NCBI GenBank assembly: GCA_021324825.1
Contig: JAJPII010000029.1
Location: 15,825-79,824, forward strand
Origin: Spartobacteria bacterium
Lineage (GTDB): Bacteria > Verrucomicrobiota > Verrucomicrobiia > Chthoniobacterales > Chthoniobacteraceae
DNA: 64,000 nt
Reading direction: 5' to 3'
Below the pieces are notes generated by a model. The model searched no databases. It saw only the letters and a program-made list of their open reading frames with translations, and was not told the DNA's origin. The translations under genes and the position numbers were made by a program. This document shows, in pieces, positions 28,901 through 35,273 of the stretch (positions are counted from its first letter, which is position 1; each line of letters starts with the position of its first letter).

Positions 28901-29770
28901 CTTGGCCGAACCGTCGTTGTTCAGGGCGAACCCTTTTATGACCGCGTAGATGCTGTCGCGGCCGGCGAGCGCATCCTCCAGGCGCTTCAGGACGACGACG
29001 CCCGCGCCGTCGCCGAAGACCGTTCCCGACGCCCGGGCGTCGAACGCGCGGCACTTGCCGTCGGCGGAAGCGAGGCTCCCTTCCTGGTGGAGATAGCCGC
29101 GATGCCGCGGAAACGAAATGGAAACGGCCCCCGCCAGCGCCGCGTCGCACTGGTAGTTCAGGAGGCTCTGGCACGCCTGGCTCACGACCACGAGCGAGGT
29201 CGAGCACGCCGACTGGATGGTCATGCTCGGCCCGCGCAGGTCGAGCTTGTAAGAAACCCGCGTGGAGAGGTAGTCCTTGTCGTTGCCGAGAAGATATTCG
29301 TACCCGGTGACCTGGTGGCCGCCGACGAGTTCCTCGATGAATTTCCTGTCCGCGCACAGATTCGCCAGCAGGTAAGTGTTCAGGCTCACCCCCGCATAAA
29401 CGCCGATGGAGCCATGGAAGCGCGCGGGGTCGCACCCCGCATCCTCCAGCGCCTGCCACGCCGTTTCGAGAAAGACGCGGTGCTGGGGATCGGTCAGGTC
29501 GGCCTCGCGCGGATTGTATCCGAAAAAGGCGGAGTCGAAGCACTCGGGGTCGCGGAAGAGAGAGCGCGCGCGGACGTAGCCTGGGTTGTCGAGAAGGGCC
29601 TGGCTGACGCCCGCCGCGCGCAGATCCGCTTCCGAGAAATGCGAGATGGCATCGACTCCCTCGCACAAATTCCGCCAGAACTGCCCGATGTCGTCCGCGC
29701 CGGGGAAACGGCCGGCCATTCCCACGATGGCAATGCCTTCCTGGGACTCTGCTTTTGGAACATCACTCAT
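19964..29770 (-). CDS. Hybrid PKS-NRPS megasynthase: KS-AT-ACP-aminotransferase-LLM monooxygenase-C-A-PCP-sulfotransferase
   Basis: 3268 aa, with ATGA overlaps to both neighbours. Motif-based domain map (aa / nt):
- KS 12-440 / 28451-29737: TIQSACSTS Cys189, EAHGTAT, KTNVGHLE.
- AT 528-850 / 27221-28189: GHSVGE, HAFH (malonyl type).
- ACP 905-980 / 26831-27058: LGFDSL.
- Class III PLP aminotransferase 1040-1490 / 25301-26653: NTGSEAV, YGKIIGGG.
- Luciferase-like monooxygenase 1528-1870 / 24161-25189: FSLYFFGNY, WLPERHF.
- C 1878-2300 / 22871-24139: HHVMGNG.
- A 2320-2815 / 21326-22813: YTSGSTGKPKG, FDVSVWEFF, NLYGPTEASVDV, YRTGD, VKVRGFRIEL.
- PCP 2826-2895 / 21086-21295: GGNSL.
- Sulfotransferase 2948-3215 / 20126-20929: SPMRSGSTL at nt 20876-20902. 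Confidence 0.95.
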   Translation of the reverse strand: MSDVPKAESQEGIAIVGMAGRFPGADDIGQFWRNLCEGVDAISHFSEADLRAAGVSQALLDNPGYVRARSLFRDPECFDSAFFGYNPREADLTDPQHRVFLETAWQALEDAGCDPARFHGSIGVYAGVSLNTYLLANLCADRKFIEELVGGHQVTGYEYLLGNDKDYLSTRVSYKLDLRGPSMTIQSACSTSLVVVSQACQSLLNYQCDAALAGAVSISFPRHRGYLHQEGSLASADGKCRAFDARASGTVFGDGAGVVVLKRLEDALAGRDSIYAVIKGFALNNDGSAKVGYTAPSASGQAEVIALAQEMAGFQPESITCVEAHGTATPMGDPIEIAGLTQAFRSRGGSHCAIGSVKTNVGHLEVAAGVCGLIKMALSLRHKLIPPSLHFEAPNPRIDFANSPFYVNRKLAEWKAGPTPRRAGVSSFGVGGTNAHVVLEEAPDPGPATHSRSSQLLLLSAKSEAALDRAAANLTGYMKANPETNLADAAWTLQTGRQAFPHRRAVVANSTAIPEKWMTKTAPSAEPPVVFLFPGQGTQYVNMGRELYRTESVFREAIDRCSRILIESLGADPREALFPVEGAETEAAQRLGQTSVTQPALFTVEYALATLWMSWGIRPKAMIGHSVGEYVAACLAGVFSLEDGLVLLARRARLMQELPSGAMLAVRLEEGKLGPWLAEDVAVAAVNGPSLCVVSGPETRLAALRMKLEEAGVASKPLCTSHAFHSAMLDPILEPFTELVRKTPLHAPAIPYISNLTADWITPEQATSPAYWARHLRETVRFFDGMGTLVREPERVLLEVGPGQSLATFARQHPAKKKEQAVIPSLAASGETASMLGALGQLWLNGAQVDWAGFHAREQRRRVHLPAYSFERTRHYVEPPNASAPVEKPGAPGPAAAVSTAGRKEGIVSTLTDVLKDISGRDRSELDPAASFFELGFDSLFLTQAAQAFRKKFNVKITFRQLLEELSSLDAIADFLDAQLPREQAPAPAAPAESALDGMARQLQEMTKQIEAMRGGQPPPKVPAAHPSQPEKPKFFGPYKPIDKTAGAGFTPRQQAHLDALVARYVKRTPGSKRYTKENRRHFADPRTVAGFRPFWKEMVYPVVATRSSGARLWDVDGNEYVDVTMGFGTNILGHSPSFVTDAIREQLDRGVEVGPQSSVAGKVAKLMCELTGMERAAFCNTGSEAVLAAIRLARTVTGRTKIATMSGAFHGICDEVLVRPAADNRAVPIAPGIPAHAVSEVCILEWGAAHSLEVLKSVVGELAAVLVEPVQSRHPDIQPVDFLREVRRITKEAGTALIFDEVITGFRSHPGGAQALFGIRADLATYGKIIGGGMPIGALCGSAEYMDALDGGAWDYGDASFPEVGVTFFAGTYVRHPLAMAAASAILEHLKKSGPGLQEELAARTARFAGTLNAFFAERQAPLRIIWFRSLFYFDFSPEIKYPSLLFFHLREKGVHVWEGRPCFLSTAHTEADVEFVIRAFKESVLEMKAGGFLPGEESETPPAPPPRLEPVPVAPPVPRPGPAKSGVQFSLYFFGNYEAGFQPDKYDLLFEATKFADKHGFTAVWLPERHFHAVGGFSPNPSVLAAALARETGQIQLRGGSVVFPLHHPARIAEEWSVVDNLSKGRTGLSIASGWHPNDFIFAPAAFDRRRELCFEGLETVRKLWRGEAVPMKGGAGNDVQVKLHPLPMRKDLPIWLTCIHPDSFVKAGEMGVGVLGYLMNQKVEEVAEKIALYRDSLVRHGHDPAAGHVTILLHTFVGPDLAAARETARGPLREYLRSFLDNSRKKMESEGGQVEVDPADIEYLLDTAFTDYVEGKALIGTPDSCARVMDRLAGIGVDEVGCFIDFGIDTRSVLQSLTTLSELKSRYEKTPAARTLPLTPAQQGLWISGMDDQAARAYHESVTLSLRGPLDVAALRAALQALAGRHEALRATISEDGSSQNIAPAGTVDFRELSGEPEALFPIENELFEKLKGPFFRAALLNVNEKEHLLLLTFHHVMGNGPSYWVFLEELCALYSGVKTLPPAMQLSEFIARDARRREDAAEAEAYWLAQFKGGVPVLELPADRPRPNFLTFRGQRQTLTLDAEFTRALRHAAAARRCSLFNVLLAAFGVLLHRLSGQDDVVIGVPFEDDVRTLEGGPSLFANTTNVLPIRSRIDGKAPFADYMTGMKNLVLGASERQNYFFGRLLDAMRLPRDPARAPIFSTIFNFESGEFRKNLDGLHVELLTRHVPYRGPATTAMAELYLNAAEKDGALDIECDHNSDLYDPETVLRWLGHFKTILEGVVADAARDVRDLPLLNEVERNQILVRWNDTCVDYPKDALLHRLIEEQARRTPDAVAVVFEKKSLTYRELDRRANQLARYLQGKGIGPDSPVGVCMERSLEMVTGLLGILKAGGAYVPLDPGYPPERLAFMIADARIPVLLTQERLSLPPHSAEVVCLDAGWSAIARESTEAPTSATRPENLAYVIYTSGSTGKPKGAMNTHSGICNRLLWMQDAYRLGAEDRVLQKTPFSFDVSVWEFFWPLLAGARLVMAKPGGHQDSDYLAATIMGEGITVIHFVPPMLAVFLEARDAGKCAALRDVICSGEALSHDLQERFFSVLRARLHNLYGPTEASVDVTHWTCRRESEVVPIGRPIANTAIYLLDGRLQPVPVGVAGELYIGGAGLARGYWGRPELTNEKFIPDPFSPGGRLYRTGDLAKWTTDGNILYMGRIDFQVKVRGFRIELDEINAALERQPLVKDSVVLAREDRVGDKRIVAYVVPKNEGEDLSTALRSALKHHLPEYMIPSAFVSLKALPLTANGKVDRRSLPAPAAAVFRETAEAALTPLQAKLAEMWKENLGLDRIGLHENFFEMGGNSLLGLRFVQKLQALLDEHVALVVLFEAPTLAELSGLLETNYEKSVRRVFGTAPETKAPESAGGGDEEKLRLIVQSVRPVESAAVPAKRKNPRAVFILSPMRSGSTLCRIMLAGNPALFAPPELQLLGFQNLATRKKVYTGYDKYMLEGVLRAVMEIKGCDMDEAGRIMEELENAGSSVQEFYRQMQEWVAPKVLVDKSPDYAMDLDVLRRAEEWFDDALYIHLLRHPLGMIRSYEKGRFILESPYRHKQNFSARRLGELTWLISHQNIREFLSGIPAQRRHRVRFEDIVGDPRPAMEAVCRFLGIAFHPGMIEPYKDKQKKMTDGIHPLSPQVGDHNFLKFNEVRPDVADQWKAEYAEDFLSAATWNMASEFGYENPFAAKPETAGGRKALPPIVGISRAARRVTRATL

Positions 29771-31539
29771 GCCATTGAACGAGACAGCCGTTTTCGCGCC
29801 AAAACCGCCTTTTGTTTTTGCGCGCGTTCACTGATGGCGGCGGACAACTGGGGCGCCTCCGAATCCGGCGCGAGAAAGGCGGCCAGCGCCCGGATTGTCG
29901 TGTGTTCGAAAAGCGCCGTGACGGGGAAATCCCCACCGAATGCCGCGAGCAGTTTGCGGTGGACCTCGTTGACGCGCAGGGAATCGCCGCCCACGTCGAA
30001 AAAGTTGTCGTCCCGGCCCGGCGCGGCGCCGATGACCTCCTGCCAGATGGCGGCGATCCCGCGCTCGCGTTCGGACTCGAAATGAACCGGCGCATGGGAG
30101 ACGCGCGGGACGGGCAGGGCGAGGGGGTCGATCTTCCCGCTGGGGGTGAGCGGCAGGCGTTCGAGAAAGGTAAATGTGGAAGGAATGAAATGCTCGGGCA
30201 GCGCTTCGCGGAGATGCCGGCGCAATTCCTCGGCGGACGGCGCATCGGCGCGGGGCTTTATATACGCCGCGAGCCGCCCGTCGCGAACGACGACGACCAC
30301 CTCGCCGACCGCCGGGTGATGGGCGAGGCGCGTCTCGATCTCCCCCAACTCGACCCGGACGCCGCGGATCTTGACCTGGTCGTCCGAACGCCCCAGGTAC
30401 TCGATATTTCCATCGGGGAGAAACCGCGCCAGGTCGCCCGTCTTATAAAGAAGCGAAGGCGGCGGTTCGAAGGGATTCGGGATGAACCTGGCGGCCGTCA
30501 TCTCGGGGCGGTACAGATACCCGCGGCAGAGACTCTCCCCGGCGACGTGGAGTTCGCCTTCCAGGAGATGGATGCGCGTGTTCGCGATCGGGCGCCCTAT
30601 GGAAGGAAGCGGCGGCCAGCCCGCGGGCGGGCCCTGCAAGGTGTAAGCGGTGACGACATGCGTCTCGGACGGGCCGTAATGATTATGCAGCGAACAGCCC
30701 GGGAGCTTCTCGAAAAACTCGACGATGCGGGGGGTTATGCGCAATTGCTCGCCCGCGGTGATAACGTCGCGCAAGCTCTCCGGGACGGGGCCGGCGGCCT
30801 CCGCCAGTTGCTGAAGCGCGACAAATGGCAGGAAGAGCCGCTCGATCCGCCGGCTCGCCAGCAGGCTTAACAAACGCGCGGGATCACGCCGGTCGGCGTC
30901 CGCGATCAACACGAGTTCCCCTCCCCCGCGCCAGGTGGAAAACATCTCCTGAAAGGAAACGTCGAAACTCAGCGGGGCGAACTGGAGCGTCCGCGCAGGC
31001 CCGGGCAGTACGGATTCCTGCCAGGCGAGAAGATTCAGCAGGGGCCGGTGCGGCATCGCGACCCCCTTCGGCTTCCCCGTCGAGCCGGAGGTGTAGATGA
31101 CGTACGCGAGATCCTCGGGGTCGCTGGAAACGCCGGTCGGAACGCCCGGTTGCACCGGCAGATCGGCGTCGATCAAAAGGGAGGCGCGCGAATCCTCGAT
31201 CATGAAATCCAGCCGTTCCTTCGGGTAGGCGGGGTCCAGCGGCAGATAAGCGCCGCCCGCCTTCAGAATCCCGAGCGCCGCGACCATCGCCGGAACGCCC
31301 CGCTCCAGCCGGATGCCCGCCACGCCGTCCCGTCCGAGTCCCCTGGATCGCAAATAAGCGGCGAGACTGTCCGCCCTGGCGTTCAATTCACCGTAAGTCA
31401 GCCGTTCGTCTCCAAAGGAGACGGCGATAGAGTCCGGCGTCTTCGCGGCTTGTTCTTCAAACAGGCCGTGAACACTTTTTTTGCTGGCTAAACTCAAGTA
31501 TTCCTCCCCTCCCACGTTCGGCAGCAATAACCCTGCCAC
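29767..31539 (-). CDS. Stand-alone NRPS loading didomain (adenylation plus PCP)
   Basis: 590 aa with a GTG start at 31539. A-domain cores LTYGELN, YTSGSTGKPKG, FDVSFQEMF, TAGEQL, NHYGPSETHV, YKTGD, VKIRGVRVELGEIE. PCP motif FFDVGGDSL. The stop overlaps the ATG of the megasynthase (ATGA at 29767-29770). Substrate not assignable by eye. Confidence 0.9.
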   Translation of the reverse strand: MAGLLLPNVGGEEYLSLASKKSVHGLFEEQAAKTPDSIAVSFGDERLTYGELNARADSLAAYLRSRGLGRDGVAGIRLERGVPAMVAALGILKAGGAYLPLDPAYPKERLDFMIEDSRASLLIDADLPVQPGVPTGVSSDPEDLAYVIYTSGSTGKPKGVAMPHRPLLNLLAWQESVLPGPARTLQFAPLSFDVSFQEMFSTWRGGGELVLIADADRRDPARLLSLLASRRIERLFLPFVALQQLAEAAGPVPESLRDVITAGEQLRITPRIVEFFEKLPGCSLHNHYGPSETHVVTAYTLQGPPAGWPPLPSIGRPIANTRIHLLEGELHVAGESLCRGYLYRPEMTAARFIPNPFEPPPSLLYKTGDLARFLPDGNIEYLGRSDDQVKIRGVRVELGEIETRLAHHPAVGEVVVVVRDGRLAAYIKPRADAPSAEELRRHLREALPEHFIPSTFTFLERLPLTPSGKIDPLALPVPRVSHAPVHFESERERGIAAIWQEVIGAAPGRDDNFFDVGGDSLRVNEVHRKLLAAFGGDFPVTALFEHTTIRALAAFLAPDSEAPQLSAAISERAQKQKAVLARKRLSRSMA

Positions 31540-31554
31540 AGGATTTGCCCTTTG

Positions 31555-32631
31555 TTAAGCGCCAAGCGGAGGCCAGTCGCGGATATGCAAGTCGCGCTGC
31601 GGGTACGGAAGCTCGATTTTCGCTTCGCGGAAGGCGCGTTCGATGGCGAAGTTCATCTCGCTCTTGAACGCGCGCGGCCGGTAGCTCATCTCCTCGCTCC
31701 AGACGACCAGCTCGAAGTTGTAAGTGAAGTCCCCGAACGATTCAAAGAAGACGCCCGGCGCGGGTTCCTTTAGCGCCTCCGGATGCGCGCGCGCGACGCC
31801 CAGGAGTATCTCCTTCACCTTCTCGACATCGCTCGTCTGCGCCACCCCCACCGGGATGCGGAACCGCACCCGCGCGTCCTCATGGCTCCAGTTGACGACC
31901 TTCTGTTCGATGAACCGCGAGTTCGGAACGATGATCGCGATGTTGTCATTCGTCATCACGGTCGTGCTCCGTATGCGTATGTTGCGCACCCGCCCGGCGA
32001 CGCCGTCGACCTCCACCCGGTCGCCTATCTTGATCGGGCGTTCGGCCAGGATGACGAGACCGCTGATGAAGTTGCTCGCGATGTTCTGCAGGCCGAATCC
32101 CAACCCCACGCCCACCGCTCCCGCGAACACGGTGAGCGTGGAAAGGTTCATCCCCGCGTTCTCCAGCGCGATCAGGATGCCGGTCACGAGCACCACGTAG
32201 CCGAATATCTGGCCCACGGTGTATTGCAGCGCCTTGTCCATGCCGCTGCGGGCCAGGAAGCGCTCCACCAGGAATTTCTTCCCCCGCGAGGAAAGCCAGA
32301 AGATGACGGCCACGAGCACGACGAGCCGCAGCAAGCCGCTGAAGCTGACGCCGACGCCAGGGATCGGCGCCTCCCACGGGATTGGCAGGCCCGCGCCGTT
32401 CAACCCCGCCATGGTGAAAGCGAGGAACACGCCCAGCCCCAGCATGGCCGTGACGAACGCCACGAAGTGTTCCTCCAAACCGAAGCGCTTCAGGAAACCC
32501 CGCACCGCGTCGCTTTGGAGAAAACGCGAGACCGCCAATCCCGCCACGACGCAGCATCCAAAAGCGATGAATCCCGCGATGGAAAGGAAACGCCCGAAGA
32601 CCGGGTACTTCTGGTCAAAGAACCAGTCCAT
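31555..32631 (-). CDS. Mechanosensitive ion channel, MscS family
   Basis: 358 aa with N-terminal TM helices. The conserved MscS beta-domain reads LAERPIKIGDRVEVDGVAGRVRNIRIRSTTVMTNDNIAIIVPNSRF. Its stop lies only 15 nt upstream of the NRPS loading gene on the same strand. Confidence 0.85.
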   Translation of the reverse strand: MDWFFDQKYPVFGRFLSIAGFIAFGCCVVAGLAVSRFLQSDAVRGFLKRFGLEEHFVAFVTAMLGLGVFLAFTMAGLNGAGLPIPWEAPIPGVGVSFSGLLRLVVLVAVIFWLSSRGKKFLVERFLARSGMDKALQYTVGQIFGYVVLVTGILIALENAGMNLSTLTVFAGAVGVGLGFGLQNIASNFISGLVILAERPIKIGDRVEVDGVAGRVRNIRIRSTTVMTNDNIAIIVPNSRFIEQKVVNWSHEDARVRFRIPVGVAQTSDVEKVKEILLGVARAHPEALKEPAPGVFFESFGDFTYNFELVVWSEEMSYRPRAFKSEMNFAIERAFREAKIELPYPQRDLHIRDWPPLGA

Positions 32632-32645
32632 GAAGAAGAAATTTA

Positions 32646-32696
32646 ACCACGGATAACACGGATAGCACGGATGAAGGGCTCGTTCTTATCCGTGGT
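32646..32696 (-). terminator. Intrinsic terminator of fic with a triplicated 9-mer arm
   Basis: On the minus-strand RNA, ACCACGGAUAA...UUAUCCGUGGU is followed by UAAAUUUCUUCUUC. The plus strand shows cacggataa cacggatag cacggatga in tandem (32648-32674) facing the inverted ttatccgtgg (32687-32696). Confidence 0.55.
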
Positions 32697-32706
32697 CTCC
32701 TAACTC

Positions 32707-33750
32707 TCACGCCTTCCTCCAGAGCGCGTCGCGGCCGCCTTTCACGCAGCGAATCTCGCCCGCCTTGCGCATCTCCGCCAGCGCGCGGTTCATGGTGGGG
32801 CGGCTTATTCCGGGCGAGAGGCGCTCGACGTCGGCGAAACGGAACTCGGCGGGCAGCCGGTGGATCACGTCCATGATCATCTCGCGCTTCGCGCCGCGCG
32901 TAACGGTCACGGCGCCGACACGGCTGGCAAATTCCCGGTAGGCCCCAAGGAGGATTACGCCAAGGAAATACTCCGTCCACGGGGTCAGGTCGTGCTGGCG
33001 CCCGTGCCATCTTTGCGACGAGGCGTGGAGGGTGTCGTAGTAGGAGTTCTTGGTGCGCTCGATCAATTGCTCCAGGCTGATGAATCGCCCGACCTCGTAC
33101 CCGGCCTTGTATAGGAGGAGCAGGGTCAGCAGGCGCGCGGTGCGCCCGTTCCCGTCCAGGAAGGGGTGGATGCAGAGGAAGTCCAGGACGTAAGCAGGGA
33201 TGACCAGGAGCGGCTCAAAGGTTCCCGCGTTCCAAAGGGCGTCGAATTCGCCATGCAGCGAATCCATCGCGCCCGGCGTTTCGTCGGCGGGAACAGGTTT
33301 GAACCGGAGGATTTTCCTGCCGTCCGCGAGCGTCTCGGTTATTTCGTTGTCCTTCGCCTTCCAGGCGCCGCCTTCGACCGCCGAAAACCGATGGATGTCC
33401 CGGTGCAACGCAAGCACGGTCGTTACGTCGAAACGAAGATGCCCGTGGCCGGTATGGATGAGGTTCAGCGCGTCCCGGTAACCCGCGATCTCCTGTTCGG
33501 GACGGTTCTTCGGCTCGCTCCGTTTGGCCACGAGGTCGGCGATCCGTTCGTGGGGCGCCGTGATGCCCTCCAGCCGGTTCGACGACTCTGTGCTCTCGAT
33601 GACAGACCCCTGGCGAAGCGTTTCGAGCACTTGCGGCGATTGCGCGCGGAAAAGTTCCTGCTTCCCCTTGAATTCGCCCAGGAGCCGGATGGTTTGCAAC
33701 AACCCGTGAGAGACGTGCATCTCGCGGAGGGAATCGGCAAATCGCGCCAT
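32707..33750 (-). CDS. Fic family protein (class II; N-terminal inhibitory helix, C-terminal winged-helix-like domain)
   Basis: 347 aa. Fic active-site motif HPFLDGNGRTARLL. N-terminal SSNRLEGI fits the [ST]xxxE[GN] auto-inhibition motif. The C-terminal ~70 aa resemble a wHTH (SRPTMNRALAEMRKAGEI). Confidence 0.9.
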   Translation of the reverse strand: MARFADSLREMHVSHGLLQTIRLLGEFKGKQELFRAQSPQVLETLRQGSVIESTESSNRLEGITAPHERIADLVAKRSEPKNRPEQEIAGYRDALNLIHTGHGHLRFDVTTVLALHRDIHRFSAVEGGAWKAKDNEITETLADGRKILRFKPVPADETPGAMDSLHGEFDALWNAGTFEPLLVIPAYVLDFLCIHPFLDGNGRTARLLTLLLLYKAGYEVGRFISLEQLIERTKNSYYDTLHASSQRWHGRQHDLTPWTEYFLGVILLGAYREFASRVGAVTVTRGAKREMIMDVIHRLPAEFRFADVERLSPGISRPTMNRALAEMRKAGEIRCVKGGRDALWRKA

Positions 33751-33779
33751 TTCTCTATGTATATCACCAATTCATTTAG

Positions 33780-33830
33780 TGATCAAGTTAAAAGCGTTTG
33801 ATCATTATCATGAATTTTCCATTTGATCAT
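33780..33830. promoter_or_regulatory. Candidate fic promoter/operator with three TGATCA palindromes
   Basis: The 82-bp AT-rich intergenic region has TGATCA at 33780-33785 and TTTGATCAT at both 33797-33805 and 33822-33830, upstream of the fic start at 33750. Confidence 0.4.
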
Positions 33831-33832
33831 GT

Positions 33833-34597
33833 TTACTGCGTGTGATGAGTATGTTCCACGACGCCGAGGTAGTTTCGCACCGCGCTGATCTCCGGAATGT
33901 AATAAGGCTTCGGCTCGTCCGAAATCCACAGACCCGACGAGGCGCCGCCATCAAGATTCAGCGCCCTCGCGATCTTGATTTCACCGAAGAGGTCCGGCGT
34001 GGCGAGCATCTCGGCCGTCTCGGCCAGCGTCGCCGGCCCGGTTACCACCAACGCGCAAAGATCGCGCCCATTGGAAAGAACAACCGTTCGCACGGCCTGC
34101 CGTTGGGAATTGAGGCCCGCGACCGCCTTTCCGCGATCCACGAGGAACGGCCCGGCTTGCAGCGCCTGGGTTATGCGGGCGCCCGGCCTGTACTCCTCGG
34201 TGCGAAGAAGAGCCAGGCTGTTCGGCGTGGCGGCCAGCACGCCGCTGAGAAGCCGCGCCTTTTGCACGGGATGGATGACCTGTCCGTTGCTGATGACCAG
34301 GCCCAGCGGCGTGCGGTCCGGTTGGAAATAATTGCCGTTCACGCCCGCGAGGCAATGGTTCGCCCGCATGGCGGACGAGAGATCGCCGCCATCGACAAAG
34401 GGATGATCGATGACCTCGACGCCGCATTTCTTTGTATCGAAGAGGACAAGATGAAGCGGCACGGGGCGATTCCCGCGCGCCACTTTTTCAATGTGCGTCA
34501 CGAGGGAGCGCGCGCCGCCGGCGTCGTGGGACGACTCCAGAGTCCACGCCGCGCGGGCGGAGGCGCAGCAAAGCAGAAGCAGGCAACCCCACTTCAT
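33833..34597 (-). CDS. Phosphodiester glycosidase family protein (DUF2233/NAGPA-like), secreted
   Basis: ORF 33833..35071, trimmed to the ATG at 34597 (MKWGCLLLLCCASARA signal peptide). Motifs AGVNGNYF, PLGLVISNG, ALNLDGGASS. The start overlaps the stop of the M50 gene (ATGA). Confidence 0.7.
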   Translation of the reverse strand: MKWGCLLLLCCASARAAWTLESSHDAGGARSLVTHIEKVARGNRPVPLHLVLFDTKKCGVEVIDHPFVDGGDLSSAMRANHCLAGVNGNYFQPDRTPLGLVISNGQVIHPVQKARLLSGVLAATPNSLALLRTEEYRPGARITQALQAGPFLVDRGKAVAGLNSQRQAVRTVVLSNGRDLCALVVTGPATLAETAEMLATPDLFGEIKIARALNLDGGASSGLWISDEPKPYYIPEISAVRNYLGVVEHTHHTQ

Positions 34598-35259
34598 GAA
34601 GTCACGAGGGTTCTGGCCCGTTTGAACGCGTTCCAGCACCTGCCGGCCATGTAAAGCGCGATGACACCCAGCCAGACGGACTGTAGCCACACGGCGAGCG
34701 CCACGATCAAACCGGCGCCGAGAATCCCCAGGAGGGATGCGACCAGAAGGCTGCGCCTCATCCCGATCCAGAACCAGAGCAGCGCCCGGAGGATTTGGCC
34801 GCCGTCCAGGGGATAAATCGGCAGCAGGTTGAAAATAAGCAGCCCGAGATTGATCCTCCAAAGCATGCGGAAAAGATGGTGGACATCGTAAGCGGCCCCC
34901 GCCGTGGCATGCCCAAGCAGCCAGAGCACGGGAACGAGCGCGACGTTCACGAGCGGACCGGCGGCTATCGTCCAGAGCAACGCCCCGGGCCACGGCGGAG
35001 GGGTGACGTAAGCCACACCGCCGAGAGGCCACAGCACGATGCGGTTCGCGACGCCGCCTACCTGCCTGCAAGCCGAGGCGTGGCCGAACTCGTGCAGCAA
35101 CACCATGAGGAAGAGGGAGAGATACTCCGCGGCGTTCCAGGCAGGCGAAGTGTAGTTCCGCCCGCGGCTCTGAATCTCGTACAACGCGACCAGGAACCAG
35201 CTCGGGTGGAGAAAGACGTCGATGCCTGCGATCCGGAAAATCCGAAGGTTGCGAAACAT
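34594..35259 (-). CDS. Site-2 protease family (M50) membrane metalloprotease
   Basis: ORF 34594..36525, trimmed to the ATG at 35259 (MFRNLRIFRIAG...). Motifs HEFGH and NLLPIYPLDGG, with multiple TM helices. The longer ORF is antisense-frame read-through into the helicase gene. Confidence 0.8.
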   Translation of the reverse strand: MFRNLRIFRIAGIDVFLHPSWFLVALYEIQSRGRNYTSPAWNAAEYLSLFLMVLLHEFGHASACRQVGGVANRIVLWPLGGVAYVTPPPWPGALLWTIAAGPLVNVALVPVLWLLGHATAGAAYDVHHLFRMLWRINLGLLIFNLLPIYPLDGGQILRALLWFWIGMRRSLLVASLLGILGAGLIVALAVWLQSVWLGVIALYMAGRCWNAFKRARTLVTS

Positions 35260-35273
35260 GAAGGGCGCAGTCT

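Noticed and set aside
32707-33750. Fic as the toxin of a two-gene toxin-antitoxin module.
   Set aside because: No small upstream or downstream partner ORF is present. The inhibitory SxxxEG motif is present in cis (class II), so a separate antitoxin is not expected.
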